A stretch of DNA of 64,000 nt, from the NCBI GenBank assembly GCA_963701965.1, contig OY969695.1, forward strand, positions 4,608,001 through 4,672,000, written 5' to 3'. Position numbers and translations under genes: made by a program. This DNA comes from an uncultured Gemmatimonadales bacterium (GTDB lineage: Bacteria > Gemmatimonadota > Gemmatimonadetes > Gemmatimonadales > Gemmatimonadaceae). The notes beneath the pieces were generated by a model. The model worked only from the letters and a program-made list of their open reading frames with translations, made no database searches and was not told where the DNA came from. This document shows, in pieces, positions 48,487 to 58,507 of this stretch (position 1 is the first letter of the stretch; the number at the start of each line of letters is the position of its first letter).

Positions 48487-50087
48487 GAGAGCAGGACCTC
48501 GACATCGTCCTCGGGGCGTTCTACGACGCGACGGGTTGCTCCGCCGCCGTATGGACGCAGCCCGACGCGGGCAAGCCGTTGGTCCTCCTGGCTGCGGCGC
48601 CCACGGCGGCTCCGGTCGCGCCCCCCGCCGACGTGATGCCGCTGGGCCCCGACACGGTCACCCTGGCGTCCTCCGATGGACTTCTGCTCGTCGCCCGCAT
48701 GACATTGGCGAAACGCGGGTGGCTCGTGGTCGGACCGGCGGCGTCGGCCGATGTCCCGCTCGATCGACTGTTCCGCTTCCTCTCGCCCGTCGTGTCGCAG
48801 GTGCTCAAGACCGGCCAGGAGGCCGAACAAGCCGCCGTCGAGCTCGCCGAGCGATACGAGGAGATCAATCTCCTGTACACGATCAGCGAGATCCTGGGTC
48901 GCACGGTACGCTTGGAAGAGGCAGCGGCGACGATTCTCAAGGAGATCTCGGAGACGGTCGGCGCGCGCCGCGCGTCGATTCTGGTGCACGATCGCGTGAC
49001 GGACACCCTGCAGGTGGTCGCGGCGATCGGCGCGCGGGCCGAGGACGCGCCACCCATCGCGCTCGACGATCCCTGCAGCATCTCGGCGCGCGTCTTCCGC
49101 TCGCGGCACTCGCTGATTGTCGATGGCGATGACCTGCCCTGCGATGCGGAGGCCCTCTACCGGCGCGGGACGATGTTGTCGGTCCCGATCATGTGGACCG
49201 CGCCCGATGGCGGCGAGCCGCTCGGTGTCGTCAACCTCTCCGACCGCGCGTCCGGCCATCCCTTTAGCGCCGGCGACCAGAAGCTGGTCGCCGCGATCGC
49301 CACGCAGATCGGCACCGCGATCCAGAACACGCGCCTGGTGCGCGCGTCGCTCAATCAACAAAAGCTGGTACAGGAGATGCAGCTCGCCCACGATCTGCAG
49401 ATGCGGCTCCTGCCGCCCGTTGGCGTCGTGGCGCCCGAGGCCGACGTCGCGGCCCGGGTGTCGCCCGCCGAGAGTGTGGGCGGGGATTTCTACAATCTCT
49501 TTCGCCTGGGGCAGGAAATGACCGGCGCGATGGTCGGCGACGTGTCGAGCCATGGGTATCGCGCGGCGCTCATCATGGCGCTGGCCATGAGCGCGTCGGC
49601 GATTCATGCCCAGCGGACCACCGATCCCAGCCAGGCGCTGCGCTCGTTGCTCCTGTCGCTACGCGACGAGCTCGATAGCACCGAGATGTTCATCACGGTG
49701 TTCTACGGGGTGGTCGATCGCATGCGCGGCGAGTTGCGCTATGCCAATGCCGGGCATCCCCACGCCTTCATCGTGCGGGGCGATGGAGAAACCGAGCGCT
49801 TGCCGGCGCTCGATCCGCCCCTCGGCATGGGTGGCGACGCGCCCGCCGGGGCGACGCGACCGTGGAAGCCGCAGGAGGATCTGCTGGTCCTCTTCACGGA
49901 CGGCGTCAGCGACGCGCGCAACCGTGCCGACGCGCGCCTCGGCGAACAGGCGGTGCTCGACACCGTGCGCGAGCACCGGGAGCGCGCGCCGACCGAGATC
50001 GTCGACCGCATTCTGGAGCGCGTCGCCGCCCACATGGGCGACGTCCCATCGCGCGACGATCTCACGCTCGTCGTGCTGCGCAGTTGA
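48483..50087 (+). CDS. GAF-domain PP2C/SpoIIE phosphatase (RsbU-like)
   Basis: GAF region (SVPI, GV.NL, F...D), A..LQ..LLP, VGGDFY, GDVS.HG, NAGHP, FTDG, DDLT. Confidence 0.92.
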   Translation: MREQDLDIVLGAFYDATGCSAAVWTQPDAGKPLVLLAAAPTAAPVAPPADVMPLGPDTVTLASSDGLLLVARMTLAKRGWLVVGPAASADVPLDRLFRFLSPVVSQVLKTGQEAEQAAVELAERYEEINLLYTISEILGRTVRLEEAAATILKEISETVGARRASILVHDRVTDTLQVVAAIGARAEDAPPIALDDPCSISARVFRSRHSLIVDGDDLPCDAEALYRRGTMLSVPIMWTAPDGGEPLGVVNLSDRASGHPFSAGDQKLVAAIATQIGTAIQNTRLVRASLNQQKLVQEMQLAHDLQMRLLPPVGVVAPEADVAARVSPAESVGGDFYNLFRLGQEMTGAMVGDVSSHGYRAALIMALAMSASAIHAQRTTDPSQALRSLLLSLRDELDSTEMFITVFYGVVDRMRGELRYANAGHPHAFIVRGDGETERLPALDPPLGMGGDAPAGATRPWKPQEDLLVLFTDGVSDARNRADARLGEQAVLDTVREHRERAPTEIVDRILERVAAHMGDVPSRDDLTLVVLRS

Positions 50088-50890
50088 ACGGCGGCGGGTT
50101 TCCCCGGCCGCGCAAACGACTGGGGCAGCATTTTCTCACTGACGCCAGCGTCCTCGCCCGCATCGCGGATGCCCTGGCCGTCGTGTCTACGGACACGGTC
50201 GTCGAGATCGGTCCCGGTCGCGGGGCATTGACCGCGCTCCTGCTCCAACGCGCTGCGCGCGTGGTCGCCATCGAGTTGGATCGGGACCTCGTCGCGCTCC
50301 TGCGCGACCGGTTCGCGGCCGATACCAGGCTGACTGTCGTCGAGCGCGATGTGCTCGACGTGCCGCTCGCCGGCGCAGCCGGCAGTGATGATTTCGTTCT
50401 GGCGGGCAACGTCCCGTATTACATCACGACCCCAATTCTCTTTCACGCGCTGGACCCGCCGCTGCCCCGGCGGGCGGTGTTTCTCGTGCAGCGCGAGGTC
50501 GCCGAGCGGGCGGTCTCACCGCCCGGGTCGAAGGTGTACGGCGCCCTGTCGGTGAACCTCCAGGCCCTGGCCACGCCGGAACTGGTCGCGATCGTCCCGC
50601 CGCGCGCTTTCTCCCCCCCGCCGCGCGTGGAGTCGGCGATCCTGTTGGTGACGCCCCGTGCGGACCCTGTGATCGCGCTCGCCGATCAGGCCAAGTTCTC
50701 GGCGTTCGTGATCGCCGCCTTCGGCTTGCGGCGCAAGCAAATGCGCCGGGTCGTGCGCACGCTCACCGCGCGGACGCCGGATGACGCCGACCGGGTGCTA
50801 CGCACCGCCGGGATCGATCCGGAAGCCCGCCCGGAGACCCTGAGCGACGCCCGGTTCGCGGCGCTCTTTCACGCGCTCGCGGGTCGGTGA
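50084..50890 (+). CDS. rsmA: 16S rRNA adenine dimethyltransferase
   Basis: KRLGQHFL, EIGPG.G.LT, ELD, GN.PY.ITTP, QREVA, F.P.P.V.S. Confidence 0.95.
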   Translation: MNGGGFPRPRKRLGQHFLTDASVLARIADALAVVSTDTVVEIGPGRGALTALLLQRAARVVAIELDRDLVALLRDRFAADTRLTVVERDVLDVPLAGAAGSDDFVLAGNVPYYITTPILFHALDPPLPRRAVFLVQREVAERAVSPPGSKVYGALSVNLQALATPELVAIVPPRAFSPPPRVESAILLVTPRADPVIALADQAKFSAFVIAAFGLRRKQMRRVVRTLTARTPDDADRVLRTAGIDPEARPETLSDARFAALFHALAGR

Positions 50891-51516
50891 GCCAGGGCAT
50901 AGGAGAGGACCTCCAACTCCGCCGCCATGTTCACCGCGCGGAGGATCACGTTGGCGGGGACGTGGAGCTGGACCGGCGCGAAGTTCAGGATGCCCCGAAT
51001 GCCGGCGCCGACCACGGCATCGGCGGTGTCCTGGGCGCTGCCGGCCGGCACGGCGAGCACGGCGATGTCGGGCAACGCCTTCGCGCAATCGGCCGCGAGT
51101 GACGCAATGTCGCGGACCGGGTGCCCGTCCCACCGGGTGCCGATCTTGGCCGGGTTGTTGTCGTACACGGCGGTGACGCGGAACCCGCGGTTGCCGAATC
51201 CCGAGTACTGGGCCAGCGCCGACCCGATCTTGCCGGCGCCGACGATAACGACCCGCCACTCGCGCCCGAGTCCCAAAATCTCCCGAAGCCGCGAGACGAG
51301 CTCGGGCACGGGATATCCCAGCCCGCGCTTACCGAACGATCCGAAAAACGACAAGTCTTTCCGGACCTGAGCCGATGTCGTGCCGCCGAGACCGGCCAGC
51401 GTCTCGCTCGAGATGGTCGCCAGGCCGCGCCCCCCGGCGTCCTCGAGGTAGCGCAAGTAGAGCGAGAGGCGGCGGACTGTTGAGTCCGCAATGCGTCGAT
51501 TTGCGGTTCTGGCCAT
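50869..51516 (-). CDS. rex: Redox-sensing transcriptional repressor Rex
   Basis: T..RL..Y.R.L, QVRKDLS.FG.FG..G.GY, GAG.IG.AL, ILNFAP. Confidence 0.96.
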   Translation of the reverse strand: MARTANRRIADSTVRRLSLYLRYLEDAGGRGLATISSETLAGLGGTTSAQVRKDLSFFGSFGKRGLGYPVPELVSRLREILGLGREWRVVIVGAGKIGSALAQYSGFGNRGFRVTAVYDNNPAKIGTRWDGHPVRDIASLAADCAKALPDIAVLAVPAGSAQDTADAVVGAGIRGILNFAPVQLHVPANVILRAVNMAAELEVLSYALAHRPASA

Positions 51517-51532
51517 GTGAAATAAATCACAA
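51515..51532. promoter_or_regulatory. Rex operator
   Basis: ATGTGAA-ATAA-ATCACAA, 12/14 match to TTGTGAA-N4-TTCACAA; overlaps the rex start codon. Confidence 0.8.
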
Positions 51533-51585
51533 AGTAGCGCCACGGACGTGACGATACCAGCCAAGAACCGTCCCTCAGATTGAAC

Positions 51586-51858
51586 ATGGAAGACTCACTC
51601 GAGCTGGCGGAGTTACAGCGCGTCTTCGGCGACTGGGCCGGCGTCTTTGGCGGCGGTGACACGGTCACCATCGCCGGCGAACCCCGGGCGGTCAGCTGGC
51701 TGTTCTCGCGGCTGGCGCGGTGCGCCGACGTGATGCCCGCCGCGCTGTGCGCCGTGCTCGATATGGACGACGGCGCGACGTTTGCGCAGGGCATCCGCAA
51801 GGTGCGCGCAAGTCAGCGTCCCCCTCGCCAGGTGCGGAGAACGAAGCATCGCGCGTAG
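51586..51858 (+). CDS. Small hypothetical protein (about 90 aa)
   Basis: Fills the rex-exonuclease gap, GC3-rich codons, W....L..C.D.MP...C..L....G.T.A pattern. Confidence 0.6.
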   Translation: MEDSLELAELQRVFGDWAGVFGGGDTVTIAGEPRAVSWLFSRLARCADVMPAALCAVLDMDDGATFAQGIRKVRASQRPPRQVRRTKHRA

Positions 51859-51893
51859 GTGTAGGTGTTATTTTACGCGGCGATGCGAGTGAC

Positions 51894-52754
51894 GTGGAGC
51901 TGACGCGGGCGAAGGCCGCCGAGCTTTTGGGCGCGGGTCCGGCCGATGCGGCGACCTTGGTGGCCTACGCCTGCGGGATGCCCGTCCGCCCCGGTGCCGT
52001 CGCCGAGCACATGGCCGTGGCGCTCTTCGCGGGACACCCGGAGTTCGCGCGCGACGCCGTGACTGGACTCTGGAAGCTCATGCTGCTGGCGCCGCCCGTC
52101 GCGGTGGTCGATGGCCCGGTCGACCTCGACCGCCTGACCTACGCCGTGGTCGACGTCGAATCGACCGGCGGCTTGCCGGACCGTGGCGACCGGATCATCG
52201 AGGTCGCCATCGTCCAGATTCGCGATGGCGCGATCGCCGACGTGTACGAGTCGCTCGTGTACCCCGGCCGCCCCATCCCGTACTTGGTCTCGCGTCTCAC
52301 GGGCATCACGGACGCGATGGTCCGCGACAAGCCCGCGTTCGCGGACATTCGCAATGTGGTCGCCGAGCGCCTCGACGGGCACGTGTTCGTCGCCCACAAC
52401 GTGAAGTTCGACTGGCGGCTCCTGTCCGCCGAAATGACCCAGGCCGGCGGGGGCCGGCTCACGATGCCGCGGCTCTGTACCGTCCGCCTGGCGCGGCGAC
52501 TGCTCCCGCATCTCCGGCGCCGTTCCTTGGACCACGTCGCGCACCATTACGACGTGGCGATCACCGGGCGCCACCGCGCCGGCGGCGACGCTGTGGCGAC
52601 GGCCCGGTGTCTCTTGCGGATGTTCCGCGACGCCGAGGCCAAGGACTGCGCGACGTGGGGCGGTCTGCAGTCCCTGTTGGCGCTTCCCGCACCCAAGCGC
52701 CGCCGCCGGCCGTCGGCGCTTCCCACCTCCGTCCAGCACGAGACTACCGCGTGA
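51894..52754 (+). CDS. DEDDh 3'-5' exonuclease (DnaQ/Pol III epsilon-like) with N-terminal extension; start uncertain
   Basis: ExoI DVESTG, LTGI, ExoII AHN..FD, ExoIII HRA..DA. Confidence 0.88.
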   Translation: MELTRAKAAELLGAGPADAATLVAYACGMPVRPGAVAEHMAVALFAGHPEFARDAVTGLWKLMLLAPPVAVVDGPVDLDRLTYAVVDVESTGGLPDRGDRIIEVAIVQIRDGAIADVYESLVYPGRPIPYLVSRLTGITDAMVRDKPAFADIRNVVAERLDGHVFVAHNVKFDWRLLSAEMTQAGGGRLTMPRLCTVRLARRLLPHLRRRSLDHVAHHYDVAITGRHRAGGDAVATARCLLRMFRDAEAKDCATWGGLQSLLALPAPKRRRRPSALPTSVQHETTA

Positions 52755-53641
52755 GCGCACCGACTCCTTTGGTCCAAACCCGGCAACTCGGCGCCTGGCG
52801 CCTGCACGCCATCCAAGCCGGCGGGCAGCGTCTCGACGGGGGCGCCATGTTCGGCGTGGTGCCCAAGCCGCTCTGGGAAAAGAAGATCCCGGCCGACGAC
52901 CGGAACCGGATCGCGCTCGGCATGCGCTGTCTCGTGATCGAGCACGACGTGGGACTGATCGTGATCGATACGGGTGCCGGCAACAAGGAGAGCGCCAAGT
53001 TCTACGACATCTACGGCATCGAGAACGCCGGCCCGGATGGCCGCACGGGACTGGAGGCCGGGCTCGCCGCACTCGGGATGCGCGCCGAGGACGTCGCGAT
53101 CGTGATCGACTCCCACCTGCATTTCGATCACGGCGGCGGGAACACGTACCACGACCGGAGCGGCGCGCTCCGGCTCTCGTTCCCCAACGCGCGCTACGTC
53201 GTGCAGGCCGGCGAGTATCACTACGCCACCCATCCCAACGAGCGCACCGCGGGCAGCTATTTCGCCCACAACTTCGTGCCCGTCCAGGAGGCCGGGCGCT
53301 TTGATCTGGTCGATGGGGAGCGGGAGATCGTCCCGGGAATCCGCGTGCTGCCGACTCCGGGTCATACGCCGCACCACCACGGCATCCTGATCACGAGTGG
53401 CGGGGAACAGGCCTTCTTCATCGCCGACCTCATGCCGACGACCGCGCATCTGCCCCTGGCGTGGGTCATGGGGTACGATGTCGAGCCCCTGGTCACCCTG
53501 GAGACCAAGCGCCGTATTCTGGCGCGGGCCGCCGAAGAGGGATGGCTCGTGGTGTTCGCCCACGACGCCGTGACCCCCTGGGCTCGCCTCCGGCGCGATG
53601 AGAAGGCGTATACGCTTGACTTGGGGTCTGGGCAGGCATAA
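52751..53641 (+). CDS. MBL-fold metallo-hydrolase (YtnP-like)
   Basis: LDGGAMFGVVPK.LW, DTG.G, HLHFDH.GG, TPGHT.HH, AD..P, MGYD, H.D. Confidence 0.9.
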   Translation: MSAPTPLVQTRQLGAWRLHAIQAGGQRLDGGAMFGVVPKPLWEKKIPADDRNRIALGMRCLVIEHDVGLIVIDTGAGNKESAKFYDIYGIENAGPDGRTGLEAGLAALGMRAEDVAIVIDSHLHFDHGGGNTYHDRSGALRLSFPNARYVVQAGEYHYATHPNERTAGSYFAHNFVPVQEAGRFDLVDGEREIVPGIRVLPTPGHTPHHHGILITSGGEQAFFIADLMPTTAHLPLAWVMGYDVEPLVTLETKRRILARAAEEGWLVVFAHDAVTPWARLRRDEKAYTLDLGSGQA

Positions 53642-53644
53642 CTT
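53616..53644 (+). promoter_or_regulatory. sigma70 promoter of infC-rpmI-rplT
   Basis: TTGACT-N17-TAACTT. Confidence 0.7.
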
Positions 53645-53660
53645 CTGCTGTTACAACACG

Positions 53661-53805
53661 CTAAGTAGCGGCACGCAGGCCGCTCACCCTTCGGCCCTCA
53701 TGTTGTTCGTGAGGCGCGCTGTAGGAGTTCCGTCGACGGTGCGCCCGCGCAAGCGGAGTGCCGAGCATCTACGCGAACTCCAGTCGGGTTCGCGTTTTTT
53801 GTTTT
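53661..53805 (+). ncRNA. Putative L20-leader-like cis-regulatory RNA / attenuator
   Basis: AAGUAG-[AGCGGC/GCCGCU hairpin]-CUCACC, further hairpins, then an intrinsic terminator directly upstream of infC. Confidence 0.6.
53771..53805 (+). terminator. Intrinsic terminator within the infC leader
   Basis: 10-bp stem ACGCGAACTC/GGGTTCGCGT followed by TTTTTGTTTT. Confidence 0.85.
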
Positions 53806-53829
53806 CTCGATCGGTGAGGGATTGGAGTC

Positions 53830-54345
53830 ATTCAGGACAACTCAAAGCGGGTTCGCGTCAACCGGCAGATTCGCATCAGTCCGATTCGCGTCATTGCGGC
53901 GGACGGTAGCCAGTTGGGGATCATGGACGTCGATGCCGCGCTCAGCGCGGCACAGGAACAGGGACTCGATTTGGTCGAGGTCGCGCCGACCGCGCGGCCA
54001 CCCGTGGCCCGCATCATGGACTACGGGAAGTTCAAGTTCGAGCAGGCCAAGATGGCCCGGCAGGCCAAGAAGAAGCAGCACGTCATTCACCTCAAAGAGG
54101 TGAAGTACCGGCCGGGGATCGAGGATCATGATTTCGAGACGAAGACGCGGCACGCGCGCGAGTTTCTGCAGGAAGGCAACAAGGTCAAGGTGACGATGAT
54201 GTTCCGGGGGCGGCAGATCGCGCATCCCGAGTTGGGGAAAGAAGTGGTAGATCGCGTCTCGGCGGCGCTCGCGGACATTGCCAAAGTCGAGAGCGACGCC
54301 AAGCTCGAAGGGAAGTCGATGATCATGATTTTGACGCCGAAATAG
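53830..54345 (+). CDS. infC: Translation initiation factor IF-3 (ATT start)
   Basis: [58 protein letters not shown]. In-frame ATT follows GGTGAGGG. Confidence 0.96.
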   Translation: MQDNSKRVRVNRQIRISPIRVIAADGSQLGIMDVDAALSAAQEQGLDLVEVAPTARPPVARIMDYGKFKFEQAKMARQAKKKQHVIHLKEVKYRPGIEDHDFETKTRHAREFLQEGNKVKVTMMFRGRQIAHPELGKEVVDRVSAALADIAKVESDAKLEGKSMIMILTPK

Positions 54346-54353
54346 GACTGACG

Positions 54354-54551
54354 ATGCCGAAGATGAAGACGCACAAAGGCGCCGCGAAGCGCTTCTCCGT
54401 CACAGGGACGGGGAAGGTGCGGCGCCTGAAGGCATACAAGAGCCACATCCTGACCAAGAAGTCGGCGAAGCGGAAGCGCAATCTCCGCCGGCCCGCGATC
54501 GTGCACACGAACGGTGAGGCGAAGGTGCTGCGTCGCCTCATCCAGGCGTAA
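54354..54551 (+). CDS. rpmI: 50S ribosomal protein L35
   Basis: [18 protein letters not shown]. Confidence 0.97.
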   Translation: MPKMKTHKGAAKRFSVTGTGKVRRLKAYKSHILTKKSAKRKRNLRRPAIVHTNGEAKVLRRLIQA

Positions 54552-54560
54552 GGAGCGGCG

Positions 54561-54923
54561 ATGCCTCGCGTCAAATCGAACGTCGCCCGACTCCGCCGCA
54601 AAAAGCAGATCATGAAGGCGGCCCGCGGTGCCTTCGGCGCGCGGAGCAAGCTGTGGCGTCCGGCGAAAGAGACCGTCGAGCGCGGCTGGCGCTATGCCTA
54701 CCGCGACCGGAAGACCAAGAAGCGGGACTTCCGGCGCCTCTGGATCACGCGCATCAATGCCGCGGCCCATCTCAACGACATGAGCTACAGCGTGTTCATG
54801 AACGGCCTCAAAAAGGCCGGTGTCGAAGTGGACCGGAAGATCCTGGCCGATCTCGCGGTGCGAGATCCCCAGGCCTTTACCGCGTTGGCCGAACGCGCGC
54901 GGAACGCGCTGAACGCGGCGTAG
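54561..54923 (+). CDS. rplT: 50S ribosomal protein L20
   Basis: [34 protein letters not shown]. Confidence 0.97.
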   Translation: MPRVKSNVARLRRKKQIMKAARGAFGARSKLWRPAKETVERGWRYAYRDRKTKKRDFRRLWITRINAAAHLNDMSYSVFMNGLKKAGVEVDRKILADLAVRDPQAFTALAERARNALNAA

Positions 54924-54952
54924 TCGAGACCCTGGTCTCTCGCAACGTTCAG

Positions 54953-54986
54953 AGGCGGCAGCGCGACAACTTTCGCGCTGCCGCCT
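54953..54986 (+). terminator. Strong hairpin between rplT and pheS (terminator or processing/stability stem)
   Basis: 14-bp perfect stem AGGCGGCAGCGCGA/TCGCGCTGCCGCCT with a 6-nt loop; weak U tract. Confidence 0.6.
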
Positions 54987-55018
54987 TCGTGCTGTGTCAC
55001 CCCCGTCTCGATCCCACT

Positions 55019-56056
55019 ATGTCAGTGTCAGCCGACGAATTCGATCTGCGGGTCTCCACGCTTGGCGGCACCGCGCTTCGCGCGGTCGCCAATACTGGCT
55101 CGTTGGCCGAGTTGGAGGATGTCCGCACCCGGTACCTCGGACGCACCAACGGCGAGCTCGTGCAGTACATGGCGTGGCTGCCCAAGCTCGACCCGGAGCT
55201 CCGACGGCCCCGTGGGCAACTGATCAATCGCTTCAAGACGGCGCTCGAGAGCGCCATCGAGGCGAAGCGCAGCGAGCTCTCGGCGGCCGCCGCGCACGCG
55301 GTGCCGACGGTGGACCTGTCGATGCCCGCGCGCCGGACCTGGCGCGGCGGCCGCCACCCCGTGACGCTCGTGATCGAGGAAATCGAGGCGATCTTCCGCG
55401 AGCTGGGCTTCACGATCGCGCTCGGCCCGGAGGCCGAGACCGAGTGGTACAATTTCGGCGCTTTGAATTTCCCCGCCGACCACCCGGCGATGGACGCGCA
55501 CGACACGCTCTACCTCGATGACGACATCGTGCTGCGGACGCACACGTCGCCGGTGCAGATCCGCACGCTCCAGCGCTACGTTCCGCCCGTGCGCGTGCTG
55601 GTCCCGGGCAACGTCTATCGTCGCGATTTCTTCGACGCCTCGCACGCGCCAATGTTCGCCCAGATCGAAGGCCTCTCCATCGACGAGGGCGTCAGCTTCG
55701 TCGATCTCAAGGCGACGCTCACGCATTTCGCCCGCCGGTTCTTCGGCACCACCGTCACGCGCTTCCGCCCCAGTTTCTTCCCGTTCACCGAGCCGTCGGC
55801 CGAGATGGACGTGCAGTGCCAGATCTGCCACGGGGCCGGTTGCGCGACGTGCAAGCAGACGGGTTGGGTAGAGATTCTGGGATCGGGCATGGTCCACCCC
55901 GCCGTGCTCGACGCCTCTGGCGTCGACAGCGAGCGCTACACGGGATGGGCGTTCGGGATGGGGCCGGCCCGGATCGCGACCCAGCGCTACGGCATTCCGG
56001 ATATCCGCCAGCTCTATGACACGGACGTGCGCGTCCTCGACCAGCTCGCCGAATGA
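55019..56056 (+). CDS. pheS: Phenylalanine-tRNA ligase alpha subunit
   Basis: HP, NF..LN.P..HPA, LRTHTSPVQ, FRPS.FPFTEPS.E, EILG.GMVHP, G.AFG.G. Confidence 0.96.
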   Translation: MSVSADEFDLRVSTLGGTALRAVANTGSLAELEDVRTRYLGRTNGELVQYMAWLPKLDPELRRPRGQLINRFKTALESAIEAKRSELSAAAAHAVPTVDLSMPARRTWRGGRHPVTLVIEEIEAIFRELGFTIALGPEAETEWYNFGALNFPADHPAMDAHDTLYLDDDIVLRTHTSPVQIRTLQRYVPPVRVLVPGNVYRRDFFDASHAPMFAQIEGLSIDEGVSFVDLKATLTHFARRFFGTTVTRFRPSFFPFTEPSAEMDVQCQICHGAGCATCKQTGWVEILGSGMVHPAVLDASGVDSERYTGWAFGMGPARIATQRYGIPDIRQLYDTDVRVLDQLAE

Positions 56057-58507
56057 ACGTCTCCGTTGCTTGGCTGTCGGCGTTCGTCGACAGCGGCCTG
56101 ACCGCGATCGGCCTCCGCGATCTCATCACCGCGCGCGTCGCGACGGTCGACGCCGTGGAACCGTTGCGCGCCGACCTCGCGGCGCTCGTCGTCGGCCGGG
56201 TCCTGACCGCCGAACGGCATCCCGATAGCGATCACCTGTGGGTGACGACCGTGGACGCGGGCGGCCCCGCGCCGCTCGACGTCATCTGCGGCGCGCCGAA
56301 CGTGACCGTCGGTGTCCGCTACCCGTTCGCGCCCGTTGGCACCACGATGCCGGGCGGGCTCACGATCGAGAAACGCAAAATCCGTGGGCGCATCTCGAAT
56401 GGCATGCTGTGCTCGGCGCGCGAGCTGGGACTGGGCACGGATCACGACGGGATCCTTCCTCTCGATACCGATGTCCCGCCGGGCACACCGCTCCTCCAGG
56501 CGTTGCCCCTCGGCGATACACGTCTCGTGATCGACATACTGCCGAACCGCCCGGACCTGCTGTCCCACCGCGGGATTGCCCGCGAGATCGCCGCGGCCAC
56601 CGGTCAGCCGCTCCGCACGCCCGCCGAGCCGGACGTGCTGATGGACGTGCCGGTCCCCGCGCCGATCCCGACGCGTGCCTCGGGAATGTCGGCGGGCGTG
56701 CAGATCATCGTCGAGCAGGCGACCGACGCCCCGGCCTATCTCGGGCTCATCGTGCGCGGGATCCGCGTGGCTCCGAGCCCGCCGTGGCTCGTCGAGCGCC
56801 TGGCCGCCGTCGGCGTCCGCGCGATCAACAACGTGGTCGACGTCACGAACTACATGCTGCACGGATACGGACAGCCGATGCACGCGTTCGATCTGGACCG
56901 GTTGACGCCCGGCGACGACGGATCGCCCATGGTCGTCGTACGCCGGGCGCGCGCCGGCGAGCGCCTGGTGACGCTCGACGGAGTAGACCGCGCGCTGGAC
57001 ACGGACGCCATCGTCATCGCCGACGCGGCGCGGGCCATCGCCGTGGCCGGGGTCATGGGCGGTCGGGCGACCGAGGTGACGGACGCGACGACCAACATCT
57101 TCGTCGAGATCGCGACGTTCGACGCCCGGCGGGTACGGCGCACGCGTCGTCGGCTCGGTCTCTCCACGGACGCCAGCTATCGTTTCGAGCGTGGCGTGCC
57201 CGCCGAATTGCCGGGCGACGTCGCGGCGCACGCGGCGCGCCTGCTGCTGGCTCTCGCGGGGGGCGCGCTCGGCGGCGCGCCCTCGTTGGTCGCGGCGGCC
57301 GAGGGGGCGCCACCCCGCCTCGCGCTCCGCGCCGCCCGCGTCCAGCGGGTCCTCGGCGTCCCCGTGGCCTCGCTGGAGTCGGCCCGCTTGCTCGGCGCCG
57401 TGGGGTTCAAAACCGCGGCGCTCGAGGCCGACCTCACGGTCAGGCCACCCTGGTACCGTCCCGATGTCACGCGCGAGATCGATGTGATCGAGGAAGTCGC
57501 GCGCCTGCGGGGCTATGACTCGTTCCCGTCGGATCTCCGACCGTATCGCCCGAGCGCCGTACCGGACGCTCCCATGGTGGCGACGAGCCGCCGGGTGCGC
57601 GACTGCCTCGTCGGGCTCGGATTCCTCGAAGCGCGTCCCATGCCGTTCGTCGTTGATGCCGGGCCGGACGGAGTCCGGGTGCGCAACCCACTGGGCGATG
57701 ATCGAGCCCTACCTGCGCTCGTCCGTCCTGGCCACGCTCGCCGGTCGCGCCGAATACAACCTCGACCGTAAGGAAGGGGATCTGCGGATGTTCGAGATCG
57801 GGACGGCATTTCGGCGGGCGCCGCGCGGCGGCCGTCCGATCGAGCAGGCGCGGGTTGCGGTCCTGCTCATGGGGGCCCGGCGGCCCGCACATTTCACGGA
57901 GCCGGATCCACCGGCGTTCGACGAGTGGGACGCCAAGGGGATCGCCGAGCGGGTGGCCGCTGTCGCCTTCCCGGGGCGGGCGATCGCGCTACGTCCCATT
58001 CCCGATGCCTTGTGGGAGATTCTGGCATCGGGGGACTCCGTCGGGCGCGTGGCGCGCGTGGCACTCGACGCGCCCGCCTGGGCCAAGCCCGCGTTCGGGG
58101 TCGAGTTGACGCTGGAGACCACCGAAAACGCCGACGTCGCGCCTCCGGGCAAGAGCGCGTATGCCGATCCGAGGGCGGTTCCCGCGCGCGCCGTGGCCCG
58201 ATTTGCCGCTCCCCCGTCGCTCCCCGCGGTGGAGCGCGACGTCAGCCTCATCGTGCCCGACACCCTGGAAGAGGGGGCCGGAGCCGTCGAGCGTGTGCTC
58301 GCCGCCGAGGGCGGCCTCTTGGAGCGTTTCGGGATCACCAGCGAGTATCGTGGCCCCGGCGTGCCGCCCGGTGCGCGAAGCGTGACATGGCGGTTGACGT
58401 TCCGTCACCGGGAGCGCACTCTTACCGAGAAAGAGGTTGATGCCCAGCAGCGTAAGCTGTTGCGAACGTTGGAGACGGAGCTCGGTGTCCGACAACGAAC
58501 GGTCTGA
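56053..58507 (+). CDS. pheT: Phenylalanine-tRNA ligase beta subunit, with a 1-nt frameshift near 57703
   Basis: HP.SD.L, CGAPN, S.GMLCS..ELG, PNRPD, NN.VD.TNY, S.RFERG, EEVAR..GY, then LRSS, FEIG, RD.S, RTL. Confidence 0.94.

Noticed and set aside
54924..55018. T-box or Phe leader peptide before pheS
   Set aside because: The gap is under 100 nt, with no T-box consensus and no Phe-rich mini-ORF. Only hairpins are present.
36949..57703. Frameshifts in hit (36949), phosphoesterase (38047), recJ (45300) and pheT (57703) as pseudogenes or programmed frameshifts
   Set aside because: All are single-base indels with intact sequence on both sides and no slippery heptamer, and pheT is essential. Sequencing error is the simplest explanation.
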